Shown one piece after another: positions 7,991 to 14,533 of a stretch of DNA of 24,000 bases. The notes under the pieces were generated by a model. The model ran no database searches. It was given only the letters and a program-made list of their open reading frames with translations, and was not told the origin of the DNA. The stretch's first letter is position 1, and every line of letters starts with the position of its first letter. Source of the stretch: Sphingomonadales bacterium (lineage in GTDB: Bacteria; Pseudomonadota; Alphaproteobacteria; SMXS01); assembly GCA_022844405.1 (NCBI GenBank), contig JALHLV010000003.1, positions 74,846 to 98,845 on the forward strand, written 5' to 3'. A program made the translations under genes and the position numbers.

Positions 7991-9007
7991 TTAGCCGACC
8001 GTCACCTCCCATGCCTTCTCTGTCGCCGGGGCGATGGCGATGTCCACATCCAGGAAACGCCTGATGATGTCGGCGTTGGTCCGGGTGTGCAGGCTCGGAC
8101 GCAGGGTGGTGAAGTGCCCGCCGCCCGCCAGCGCCATCGGGATCAGCAACTGGTCCGCCAGGTGCGGGCCGGCCGCCGCATCCACCGCCAGGTAGCGCAG
8201 CGCATTGGCCGCCGTCCGTTCGGCCACGTGCTCGGCGCGCACGCCAACCTTGCCGTAGCCGGCGAACACTTCGGTCACCTGCTCGAACGCCAGGGTCACC
8301 AGCAGCACGTTGCCAGGACCCGGGCTCCGTTCGGCGCCCTGGAGGTGCAACGCATCCGTGCTCAGCCCCAGCCGTATGCCGACTTCCTTCAGTTCGCGGT
8401 CGGCGATGTCGCGGGGCAGGTTGGCGATCAGGGCGTGCGCCATCCGCGACGTCTCCGCGCCGCGCGACGGCAGGTCGAGGCGGGCAAGCGACTTCACCGG
8501 CGACAACGTCACCGTGAACCGCCCTCCGCCGACCGGATAGAAGCCGTGCCGCTCCAGCGACGCCTCGGCCGTCACCCCCATGCGCCGCAGCAGCGGCAGG
8601 AACGCACGGTCGATAAACTCGAAGGGCGGCCCGCCGAAATTGTGGGTGCCGCCCTCGAATGCCAGCGTCGATGGCCGGTCGGCCTGCAGCAGCGCGGGCA
8701 GCACGGTCTGAAACACCAGCGTCGTGCTTCCGGCCGAGCCGACCGAGAACGTGTAGTCGCCGCCGCGCACCTTGCCGGGCACGAACGTCAGCGCGCGCGA
8801 GCCGATGCCCGCGCCGGTGACCTCGGCGTCCGAAATCGCCGCCGCCGCGTTGACCGCGGTCAGGTGCTGGCGCATCAGGCCACCCCGCTCCCGCTTGGCG
8901 CGAATGTTGACGATCCGAAAGGCCTGGCCGGTAACGATGGACAACGCCAGGGCAGTCCGCAGGATCTGCCCGCCGCCTTCGCCCTCCGACCCGTCGATGG
9001 TAATCAC
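7991..9007 (-). CDS. rtcA: RNA 3'-terminal phosphate cyclase RtcA
   Basis: ORF 7991..9031. ITIDGSEGEGGGQILRTALALSIVTGQAFRIVNIRAKRERGGLMRQHLTAV..., FSVGSAGSTTLVFQTVLPAL and ADQLLIPMALAGGG align by eye with E. coli RtcA. GTG 9007 (AGGAAC 6 nt upstream) gives 338 aa starting MITIDGSEGEGGGQ, the same length and N-terminus as E. coli. The track start at 9031 is a TTG. Confidence 0.9.
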   Translation of the reverse strand: MITIDGSEGEGGGQILRTALALSIVTGQAFRIVNIRAKRERGGLMRQHLTAVNAAAAISDAEVTGAGIGSRALTFVPGKVRGGDYTFSVGSAGSTTLVFQTVLPALLQADRPSTLAFEGGTHNFGGPPFEFIDRAFLPLLRRMGVTAEASLERHGFYPVGGGRFTVTLSPVKSLARLDLPSRGAETSRMAHALIANLPRDIADRELKEVGIRLGLSTDALHLQGAERSPGPGNVLLVTLAFEQVTEVFAGYGKVGVRAEHVAERTAANALRYLAVDAAAGPHLADQLLIPMALAGGGHFTTLRPSLHTRTNADIIRRFLDVDIAIAPATEKAWEVTVG

Positions 9008-9036
9008 TATATTGTTCCTACTCCCAAACAATGGAC

Positions 9037-9069
9037 GGCGGCGCGCGCGGGATCTCCGCGCGCGCCGCC
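9037..9069 (-). other. Very stable GC stem-loop in the rtcB-rtcA intercistronic spacer
   Basis: GGCGGCGCGCGCGG-AGATC-CCGCGCGCGCCGCC: a perfect 14-bp all-G/C stem with a 5-nt loop. It lies 20 nt after the rtcB stop and about 30 nt before the rtcA start. It is followed by GTCCATTGTTTGGG, only a weak U-tract. Confidence 0.45.
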
Positions 9070-9089
9070 TGGACCATGCGTGAAAAAGG

Positions 9090-10316
9090 TTATCCCTTCA
9101 CGCATACCACCTGGCGAAGCGTGTGGACGATCTCGACCAGATCCTTCTGCGCCTCCATCACCGCATCGATCGGCTTGTAGGCGGCAGGAGTCTCGTCGAT
9201 GACGCCCGCGTCCTTGCGGCACTCCACACCCTGTGTCGCCTCGATATGCTCTTCGAGGCTCACCAGCTTCTTCGCCTTCGTCCGCGACATCACCCGCCCC
9301 GCGCCATGCGAGCAGCTATGGAAACTCTCGTCGTTCCCCAGCCCGCGCACGATGTAGGACCGTGCCCCCATGCTTCCCGGGATGATCCCCAGGTCGCCCT
9401 TGCGGGCGCGCACCGCACCCTTGCGGGTCACGAACACCTCTTCACCGAAATGATGCTCGCGCGTCACGTAGTTGTGGTGGCAGTTCACCGCCTCCACTTC
9501 CGCGTCGAACGGCTTGGCGATCACCGACCGCATGGCGTCGACGATGTTGGCCATCATCAGCTGCCGGTTGGCCATGGCGAACGCCTGCGCCCATTCCACG
9601 GCGAAGACGTAGTCGTCGAAGTGCCGGGCGCCTTCGGGGAAGTACGCCAGGTCCTCGTCCGGCAGGTTCGCCTCGATCCGGCGCATGTCCTGCTTGGCCA
9701 GTTCGATGAAAGCGCGGCCGATGGCGTTGCCCACGCCGCGCGAGCCTGAATGCAGCATGAACCAGACCCGGTCCTCCTCGTCGAGGCAGACCTCGACGAA
9801 ATGGTTGCCGGTTCCCAGCGTTCCCAGATGGGTCACGGTGTTCGCGCCCTTCAGGTTGCGCTGGCCGTCGACGATCCGCTGGAAACCGGGCTCAAGCACG
9901 GCCCAGGCCTTCAGCGTCCGCTCCGGCGGCTCGCCCCACGACCCGGTGTCGCGCTTGCCGCGTCCCACCGAACGCCCATGCGGCACCGCCCGTTCAATCG
10001 CGAAACGCATCTCACGCAGGCTGTCGGGCAGGTCCGACGCCGTCAGCGTCGTCCGCGCCGCCATCATGCCGCAGCCGATGTCGACGCCGACCGCCGCGGG
10101 GATGATCGCCCCCTTGGTCGGAATCACGCTGCCCACCGTGGAGCCGATGCCCTGATGCACGTCCGGCATCACCGCCAGCCACTTGTGGATGAACGGCATC
10201 CGCGCGGTCTTCACCAGCTGCTCGCGCGCGCCGTCCTCAACGGGCACGCCGTGCGTCCACATCTTGATGGGCACGCCACCGGTTTCGGTCATGGTCTCAT
10301 ATGTATGCTCAGCCAT
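9090..10316 (-). CDS. rtcB: RNA-splicing ligase RtcB (3'-phosphate/5'-hydroxyl RNA ligase)
   Basis: ORF 9090..10595. The true start is ATG 10316 (GACGGAGGAAAGAAA upstream), giving 408 aa: MAEHTYETMTETGGVPIKMWTHGVPVEDGAREQL..., MPDVHQGIGSTVGSVIPT, GTLGTGNHFVEVC, SCSHGAGR. The 93 upstream codons of the track ORF overlap the non-coding Y-RNA modules. Confidence 0.92.
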   Translation of the reverse strand: MAEHTYETMTETGGVPIKMWTHGVPVEDGAREQLVKTARMPFIHKWLAVMPDVHQGIGSTVGSVIPTKGAIIPAAVGVDIGCGMMAARTTLTASDLPDSLREMRFAIERAVPHGRSVGRGKRDTGSWGEPPERTLKAWAVLEPGFQRIVDGQRNLKGANTVTHLGTLGTGNHFVEVCLDEEDRVWFMLHSGSRGVGNAIGRAFIELAKQDMRRIEANLPDEDLAYFPEGARHFDDYVFAVEWAQAFAMANRQLMMANIVDAMRSVIAKPFDAEVEAVNCHHNYVTREHHFGEEVFVTRKGAVRARKGDLGIIPGSMGARSYIVRGLGNDESFHSCSHGAGRVMSRTKAKKLVSLEEHIEATQGVECRKDAGVIDETPAAYKPIDAVMEAQKDLVEIVHTLRQVVCVKG

Positions 10317-10354
10317 TTTCTTTCCTCCGTCTCGTTCATTCCGCCCGACAGGAC

Positions 10355-10482
10355 GCGGCGACAAGGGACCGGTGAAACCTCGCTTTCTGCTCTGCCGCTG
10401 AACTACGGTCTCCCTGGGGAAAACCGGCGGGACTCGAACCCGCGCCACGAAAGTCCAATGTAGTTCCACCTGCATTCGCCGC
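10355..10482 (-). ncRNA. yrlA: Y-RNA-like module 4 with permuted tRNA-like domain (YrlA-like)
   Basis: The minus strand reads GCGGCGA-AUGCA-GGUGGAAC-UACAUUGG...GCGGG-UUCGAGU-CCCGC (T-arm), then a closed 9-bp acceptor-like hairpin CGGUUUUCC-CCA-GGGAGACCG. Next come UA, GUUC-AGCGGCA-GAGC (D-arm), then ...GUUUCACC-GGUCCCUUG-UCGCCGC. The terminal stems pair 7 bp and 8 bp. Confidence 0.7.
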
Positions 10483-10490
10483 TGACCGTA

Positions 10491-10602
10491 GGCGCGACAA
10501 GCTGGTGCGAGACATTTCCGCCCCTCGTGAGAGCGGCGGACGAAGGCTTCGAACCTTCTCTCACCGAAGTGATTACCATGTAGTCCCGCGGGCATTCGCG
10601 CC
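10491..10602 (-). ncRNA. Y-RNA-like module 3 (T-arm-like hairpin only, no D-arm)
   Basis: GGCGCGA-AUGCCC-GCGGGAC-UACAUGG...UCAC-UUCG-GUGA...GAAGG-UUCGAAG-CCUUC...GUCUCGC-ACCAGCUUG-UCGCGCC. It has the same two-stem, asymmetric-loop architecture as the other modules, built from different stem sequences that still pair. Confidence 0.55.
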
Positions 10603-10675
10603 GCCGATGTCGTGAGCCGTCAAACGATCGTCCTTTCCTCTGTTCGTTCTTCCATTCGATCCGCCAGACAAGGGC

Positions 10676-10800
10676 GCGGCGACAAGGTTTCGGTGAAACA
10701 CTCCTGCTCTACCGTTGAGCTACGGACCCGAAGGCCCGGCGGGACTCGAACCCGCAACCCGGCGATGTACAATCCATGTAGTTCCACCTGCATTCGCCGC
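10676..10800 (-). ncRNA. yrlA: Y-RNA-like module 2 with permuted tRNA-like domain (YrlA-like)
   Basis: GCGGCGA-AUGCA-GGUGGAAC-UACAUGG...GCGGG-UUCGAGU-CCCGC (T-arm), then CGGGCC-UUCG-GGUCCG (closed acceptor-like hairpin). Next come UA, GCUC-AACGGUA-GAGC (D-arm), then ...GUUUCACC-GAAACCUUG-UCGCCGC. Confidence 0.7.
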
Positions 10801-10806
10801 TGAGCG

Positions 10807-10897
10807 CCGAGCAGCAAGATTGTGCATGACCTAAGTTTAGGACCATTATAAGTGGCCCGGGGACTACCCCTATGTAGTCATGCACGCATCCGCCCGG
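10807..10897 (-). ncRNA. Y-RNA-like module 1 (no tRNA-like domain)
   Basis: Begins 7 nt after the rsr stop. CCGGGCGG-AUGC-GUGCAUGAC-UACAUAGGGGUAGUCCCC...GUCAUGCAC-AAUCUUG-CUGCUCGG. Lower stem 8 bp (two G-U pairs), upper stem 9 bp perfect. It has the same AUGC / ..CUUG internal loop and UACAU motif as modules 2-4. Confidence 0.5.
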
Positions 10898-10904
10898 CGC
10901 AGTG

Positions 10905-12461
10905 CTAGTCTGTCAGATCGATCTCCTCGATGCGGTCCACCAGATAGGTGGGACCGGTTTCACCCGTCGCGAAGGCGGCCATCGCCTCGAACACCGCGTC
11001 GGAAAACCCGCCGATATTCAGGATGTCAGCCGACCCCTGCGCCTGTGTCGTGCCGTAAGGCTGGATATCGACGCAGATCAACCGGGCTTCCGGATTGGCG
11101 TTCTTCAGCATGCGCCACTGGCGCATGGTCTCGGTGTTCTGCGGCCTAGCCGCATCCACCCAGGACTGGTTGTCCGACACGAAGATCACCGTATCCACCG
11201 TCGCGTTCTCGTCGTTCAGGCGCCGCAGCGGCGCGGAACAGTTGGTTCCGCCACCACCGATCCCCGCCAGCGCGGCGGCGTTCGCCGTCACGCTCGCCTC
11301 CGGATCGAGGCGCACCTTCACCACGTCGTTCTCGAACGGCAGCACCCTAGCGGAAGGGTTCTTGCGCACCACCGCCGCGGCCACCAGTGCCGCCACATCG
11401 ATGCACCGCACCGCCGTGGCCGCGCCGCGCCGGTGACCGGTCACGGGCGACGCCATGGAGCCGGACACATCGGGGCAAACCGCCACCCGGCCCGCGAAGG
11501 CCGGCACGTTCCGCACCGCCGTCTCCATCGCCGCATCGAGCGCCTCCAGCACCGCTGCTGGCACGGAACCTGTCGCCATCCGTGCCGCCATCAGCTGGTA
11601 CGGGAACACCCGCGCCCGCTTGATCTCGTGCGGATCCCGTAGGCGCTCCGCCAACAGCGCGGTCATGCCCTCTACCTCGAACACGCCGTGGCGCGCGAAG
11701 GTGTTCAGGTTCATGCGCAGCGTCTGCCAGCGTGCGTTGCGGGCGATCGCCGCCCAGGCCTCGCGGCCCAGCGGCAGCGCGGTTAGCATCTGGAACGGGA
11801 CGTCCGGCACCTCGGCCGTTTCGCCCGTCTTGAACGCCTCGAACCGGCGGATCGCCTCCGGCAGCAGCGCTGCGTCGTGCGGCTTGCCGATCAGGTATCC
11901 GAACAGCGCCTCCCGTCCCGGATCGACTGGAGTCGGATGCACCATCCGGATCACGTCGGCTAGCGACGGATCTTGGCCCACGGCGGCCGCGATCAGGCGG
12001 TCGTCGGAAGCCTGGATCAGCCAGTCGGCGACCAGCCGCTTCGGCCGCGAACCCAGCGACTTCCGGCCCATCGCGCCTGAGCGCATGATCTGCACGAAGG
12101 TGCGCAGCATGCGTCCGTTGTCGATGACCCGGTCGAACACGGGGGCCGCGAATTCGGGTCCGTTCACCGTCAGGTAGGCCAGCAGCAGCGCGGGGGCATC
12201 CTTCATGAAGCCGTGCCGGCGGGCATAGACCGCCGTCCTGGCGACGAATGCCGGATCGACCGCCTGGGCCGCGTCCAGCACCCCCGCCAGCTGCTCCCGC
12301 GCTTCCGCATAGAAGGTTCCGTTCAGGCACCCGGTCACCGCCAGCTGCGCCAGTCTATGGCGCGGCGTATAGACGAAGGCCGGAGCGCCTTCCCGGTTCC
12401 GGCCATCCGGCCGCGGGAGCAGCTTTCCTCTGATTGACGCAAACACGGATTTGTTTGCCAT
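10905..12461 (-). CDS. rsr: Ro60-related protein Rsr (TROVE domain plus C-terminal vWA domain)
   Basis: ORF 10905..12470. MANKSVFASIRGKLLP...LAQLAVTGCLNGTFYAEAREQ...ARRHGFMKDAPALLLAYL is TROVE-type. CPDVSGSMASPVTG carries the DxSGS MIDAS motif of the vWA domain. I prefer ATG 12461, which has AGAGGA 8 nt upstream. ATG 12470 has no spacer to its SD. Confidence 0.9.
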   Translation of the reverse strand: MANKSVFASIRGKLLPRPDGRNREGAPAFVYTPRHRLAQLAVTGCLNGTFYAEAREQLAGVLDAAQAVDPAFVARTAVYARRHGFMKDAPALLLAYLTVNGPEFAAPVFDRVIDNGRMLRTFVQIMRSGAMGRKSLGSRPKRLVADWLIQASDDRLIAAAVGQDPSLADVIRMVHPTPVDPGREALFGYLIGKPHDAALLPEAIRRFEAFKTGETAEVPDVPFQMLTALPLGREAWAAIARNARWQTLRMNLNTFARHGVFEVEGMTALLAERLRDPHEIKRARVFPYQLMAARMATGSVPAAVLEALDAAMETAVRNVPAFAGRVAVCPDVSGSMASPVTGHRRGAATAVRCIDVAALVAAAVVRKNPSARVLPFENDVVKVRLDPEASVTANAAALAGIGGGGTNCSAPLRRLNDENATVDTVIFVSDNQSWVDAARPQNTETMRQWRMLKNANPEARLICVDIQPYGTTQAQGSADILNIGGFSDAVFEAMAAFATGETGPTYLVDRIEEIDLTD

Positions 12462-12493
12462 TGCTCTCATCCTCTATTTCACACCTTCCCAGT

Positions 12494-12509
12494 AGCAACG
12501 GGCGTGCCA
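12494..12509 (-). promoter_or_regulatory. Sigma-54 (-24/-12) promoter of the rsr-Y RNA-rtcBA operon
   Basis: The minus strand reads CTGGCACGCCCGTTGCTA, i.e. TGGCAC-N5-TTGCT. This matches the TGGCAC-N5-TTGCW consensus with correct spacing, about 33 nt upstream of the rsr ATG and facing it. A sigma-54 activator (rtcR) is encoded divergently. Confidence 0.75.
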
Positions 12510-12665
12510 GATCAGCGCAAGAGTCGGCATATTTTCTATAAACCATTGGTATTACATTAATAAAAACTTTAATCAGATTCTCGAGTCAGTATTCCGTGGA
12601 TGGTGAACTCCACATCTTTATAGAATATAATATACACAAATATCTGTTTGGATCACATTGCGGAC

Positions 12666-14261
12666 ATGAAGCGACAGGTCGTCATCAGCTTTCTCGGCAG
12701 CGTCCTCGATTCCGGCACCCACGCCCGCCGGTGGGAGAAGTGGCGTCCCAATATTGGCATGTGCCAGCAGGACGACCTGGTCATCGATCGCCTTGAACTG
12801 ATTTACGACAAGCGCATCACCACGCTCTTGACCACCGTCCGGCGTGACATCGCCATGGTGTCGCCCGAAACCGAGGTGCGCCCCCAGCTCATGGACCTAA
12901 GGGATCCCTGGGATTTCGAAGAGGTTTACGCGGCGCTGCACGACTTCGCCCGCGCCTATCCGTTCGACCCGGAAACCGAGGATTACCTGATCCAGATCAC
13001 CACCGGCACCCACGTGGCGCAGATCTGCATGTATCTGCTAACCGAGGCCCACTACTTCCCCGGCCGGCTGCTGCAGCTGTCGCCGCCGCGCGGCCGGAGC
13101 GGCTTGATCGCCGGCACCTACTCGATCATCGATCTCGACCTGTCCCGCTACGACCGCATCGCCACCCGCTTCGAAGCCGAGCGCGACGAGGCCGCTTCAT
13201 TCCTGAAGTCCGGCATCGCCACGCGCAATGCGGCCTTCAACCACATGATCGACCAGATCGAGCATGTCGCCATCCGCTCCTCGGCGCCGGTCCTGCTGAT
13301 GGGGCCGACGGGCGCGGGTAAATCCCATCTCGCGCGCCGCATCCACGAGCTCAAACAGGCACGGCGCCAGCTCGCCGGCCCGTTCGTCGAGATCAACTGT
13401 GCCACTCTGCGTGGCGACGGCGCTATGTCGACCCTGTTCGGCCACACCAAAGGCGCATTCACCGGCGCCGTCGGCGCGCGGCCAGGCCTGCTGCGCGCCG
13501 CTGACAGCGGCATGCTGTTCCTCGACGAGATCGGCGAACTGGGCCTCGATGAGCAGGCCATGATCCTGCGCGCCATCGAGGACCGCACCTTTCTGCCCGT
13601 CGGGTCCGACAAGCCGGTTCAGAGCGACTTCCAGCTCATCGCCGGCACCAATCGCAATCTCGGGCAGGCGGTTCGCGAAGGCCGCTTTCGCGAGGATCTC
13701 TACGCGCGGCTCAACCTGTGGACCTTCCACCTGCCCGGACTACGCGACCGGCGCGAGGACATCGAGCCCAACATCGCCTTCGAGCTGGCACGCCATCGCG
13801 GCGAAACCGGCCGCAACGTTACCATGAACCGAGAGGCTGAACGCCGCTTCCTCGCCTTCGCCCTTGATCCTGCGTCGCTGTGGTCGGCCAATTTCCGCGA
13901 CTTGGCCGCGTCGATCACCCGTATGGCGACCCTCGCGCCGTCCGGGCGGATCACCGAGGACGTGGTTGCCGAGGAGATCGCACGCCTGCGGCTGCTGTGG
14001 CGCGGCGCCGAAACTTCCGGCGGGGAAGCCGTGCTCGCCGATGTCCTGCCCCCCGAGCGGCTTGACGCCGTCGATCCGTTCGACCGGCCCCAGCTCGCCC
14101 GCGTGATCGAGACCTGCCGGCGCCATCGTTCCCTGAGCGCTGCGGGGCGTGAGCTGTTCGCTGCTTCCCGCCGGGAGAAGTCGACGCATAACGACGCCGA
14201 CCGCCTGCGCAAATATCTTGCCCGCTTCGGATTGGCGTGGGGCGACGTCACCGCGCCCTAA
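12666..14261 (+). CDS. rtcR: Sigma-54-dependent transcriptional activator RtcR (N-terminal CARF-type sensor, AAA+ core, C-terminal HTH)
   Basis: ORF 12648..14261. ATG 12666 gives MKRQVVISFLGSVLDSGTHARRWEKWRPNIGMCQQDDLVIDRLELIYD..., collinear by eye with E. coli RtcR. Shared features include ITTGTHVAQIC, Walker A GPTGAGKS, GAFTGA, DEIGEL and the C-terminal DADRLRKYLARFGL. Predicted length is 531 aa. Confidence 0.92.
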   Translation: MKRQVVISFLGSVLDSGTHARRWEKWRPNIGMCQQDDLVIDRLELIYDKRITTLLTTVRRDIAMVSPETEVRPQLMDLRDPWDFEEVYAALHDFARAYPFDPETEDYLIQITTGTHVAQICMYLLTEAHYFPGRLLQLSPPRGRSGLIAGTYSIIDLDLSRYDRIATRFEAERDEAASFLKSGIATRNAAFNHMIDQIEHVAIRSSAPVLLMGPTGAGKSHLARRIHELKQARRQLAGPFVEINCATLRGDGAMSTLFGHTKGAFTGAVGARPGLLRAADSGMLFLDEIGELGLDEQAMILRAIEDRTFLPVGSDKPVQSDFQLIAGTNRNLGQAVREGRFREDLYARLNLWTFHLPGLRDRREDIEPNIAFELARHRGETGRNVTMNREAERRFLAFALDPASLWSANFRDLAASITRMATLAPSGRITEDVVAEEIARLRLLWRGAETSGGEAVLADVLPPERLDAVDPFDRPQLARVIETCRRHRSLSAAGRELFAASRREKSTHNDADRLRKYLARFGLAWGDVTAP

Positions 14262-14285
14262 GGACCGGGACCGGAGCGCCGGCAA

Positions 14286-14318
14286 GCGGCTGATCGGTCA
14301 CACGCCGCATTTTTTTTT
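14286..14318 (+). terminator. Probable intrinsic terminator of rtcR
   Basis: GCGGC-TGATCGGTCACAC-GCCGC, followed by A and a run of nine T (14310..14318), 25 nt after the rtcR stop. The stem is short (5 bp plus an inner TGA/TCA), so strength is uncertain. Confidence 0.5.
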
Positions 14319-14533
14319 GGCCCGGCCGCTGTCGAGCTCCTAGGGTCCCAGGCGATGGTCGGAATACCTTTCGGCCATGTGTCAGGCAGAGCGAGAGAAG
14401 CCTGCCGCTCGATCAGGTCCACGAGGCGACGGTCAAGAACCCCACTCAACCTCGGGTTGATCAAGCATGGTTTAGTTCAGCCTCGGGCGGCGCGTCTCCA
14501 TCAGGCTGCCCAATCCGAGCCATCCCTTATGAG

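Noticed and set aside
8087-9202. 371-aa plus-strand ORF opposite rtcA
   Set aside because: Antisense shadow ORF. The minus-strand frame has unambiguous RtcA motifs.
10317-10595. N-terminal 93 codons of the 501-aa rtcB ORF in the track
   Set aside because: This region contains T-arm and D-arm sequences and paired stems of Y-like modules 3 and 4. The extension translates to R-rich junk. A strong SD precedes ATG 10316, and the resulting 408 aa matches the E. coli RtcB length.
10603-10640. 16-codon TTG-initiated mini-ORF after the orphan SD-like site
   Set aside because: It uses a non-ATG start, runs straight into the 5' stem of module 3, and has no independent support. It is more simply explained as a relic of the duplicated rtcB leader.
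10427-10755. Possible tRNA genes, from two GGTTCGAGTCCCGCC T-arms plus GTAGCTCAACGGTAGAGC-type D-arms
   Set aside because: The order on the transcribed strand is T-arm, closed acceptor hairpin, D-arm. There is no anticodon arm and no free acceptor ends. This is a permuted tRNA mimic, not a functional or split tRNA gene.
10320-10900. Repeated units that might be mistaken for a CRISPR array or protein-coding ORFs (10612-10803 plus strand, 10620-10817 minus strand)
   Set aside because: The repeats are about 110-130 nt structured units with covarying stems, not 25-40 nt direct repeats with unique spacers. No cas genes are present. The small ORFs cross stem-loops and have no SD.
11347-12330. 327-aa alternative-frame minus ORF inside rsr. 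Analogous cases are 21052-22743 inside the RND gene and 17873-19702 / 19443-20423 opposite the OMF and RND genes.
   Set aside because: These are off-frame or antisense ORFs with R/G/A/P-rich low-complexity translations. The overlapping frames carry clear TROVE/vWA, AcrB and OMF signatures.
12625-12636. The 12-mer TGTATATTATAT is shared between the rtcR-rsr intergenic region (minus strand) and the globin palindrome (15245-15256)
   Set aside because: The match covers only one half-site plus the centre, and the second half-site is absent at 12625-12636. It coincides with the putative rtcR TATAAT box. AT-rich promoter DNA makes a chance match plausible.
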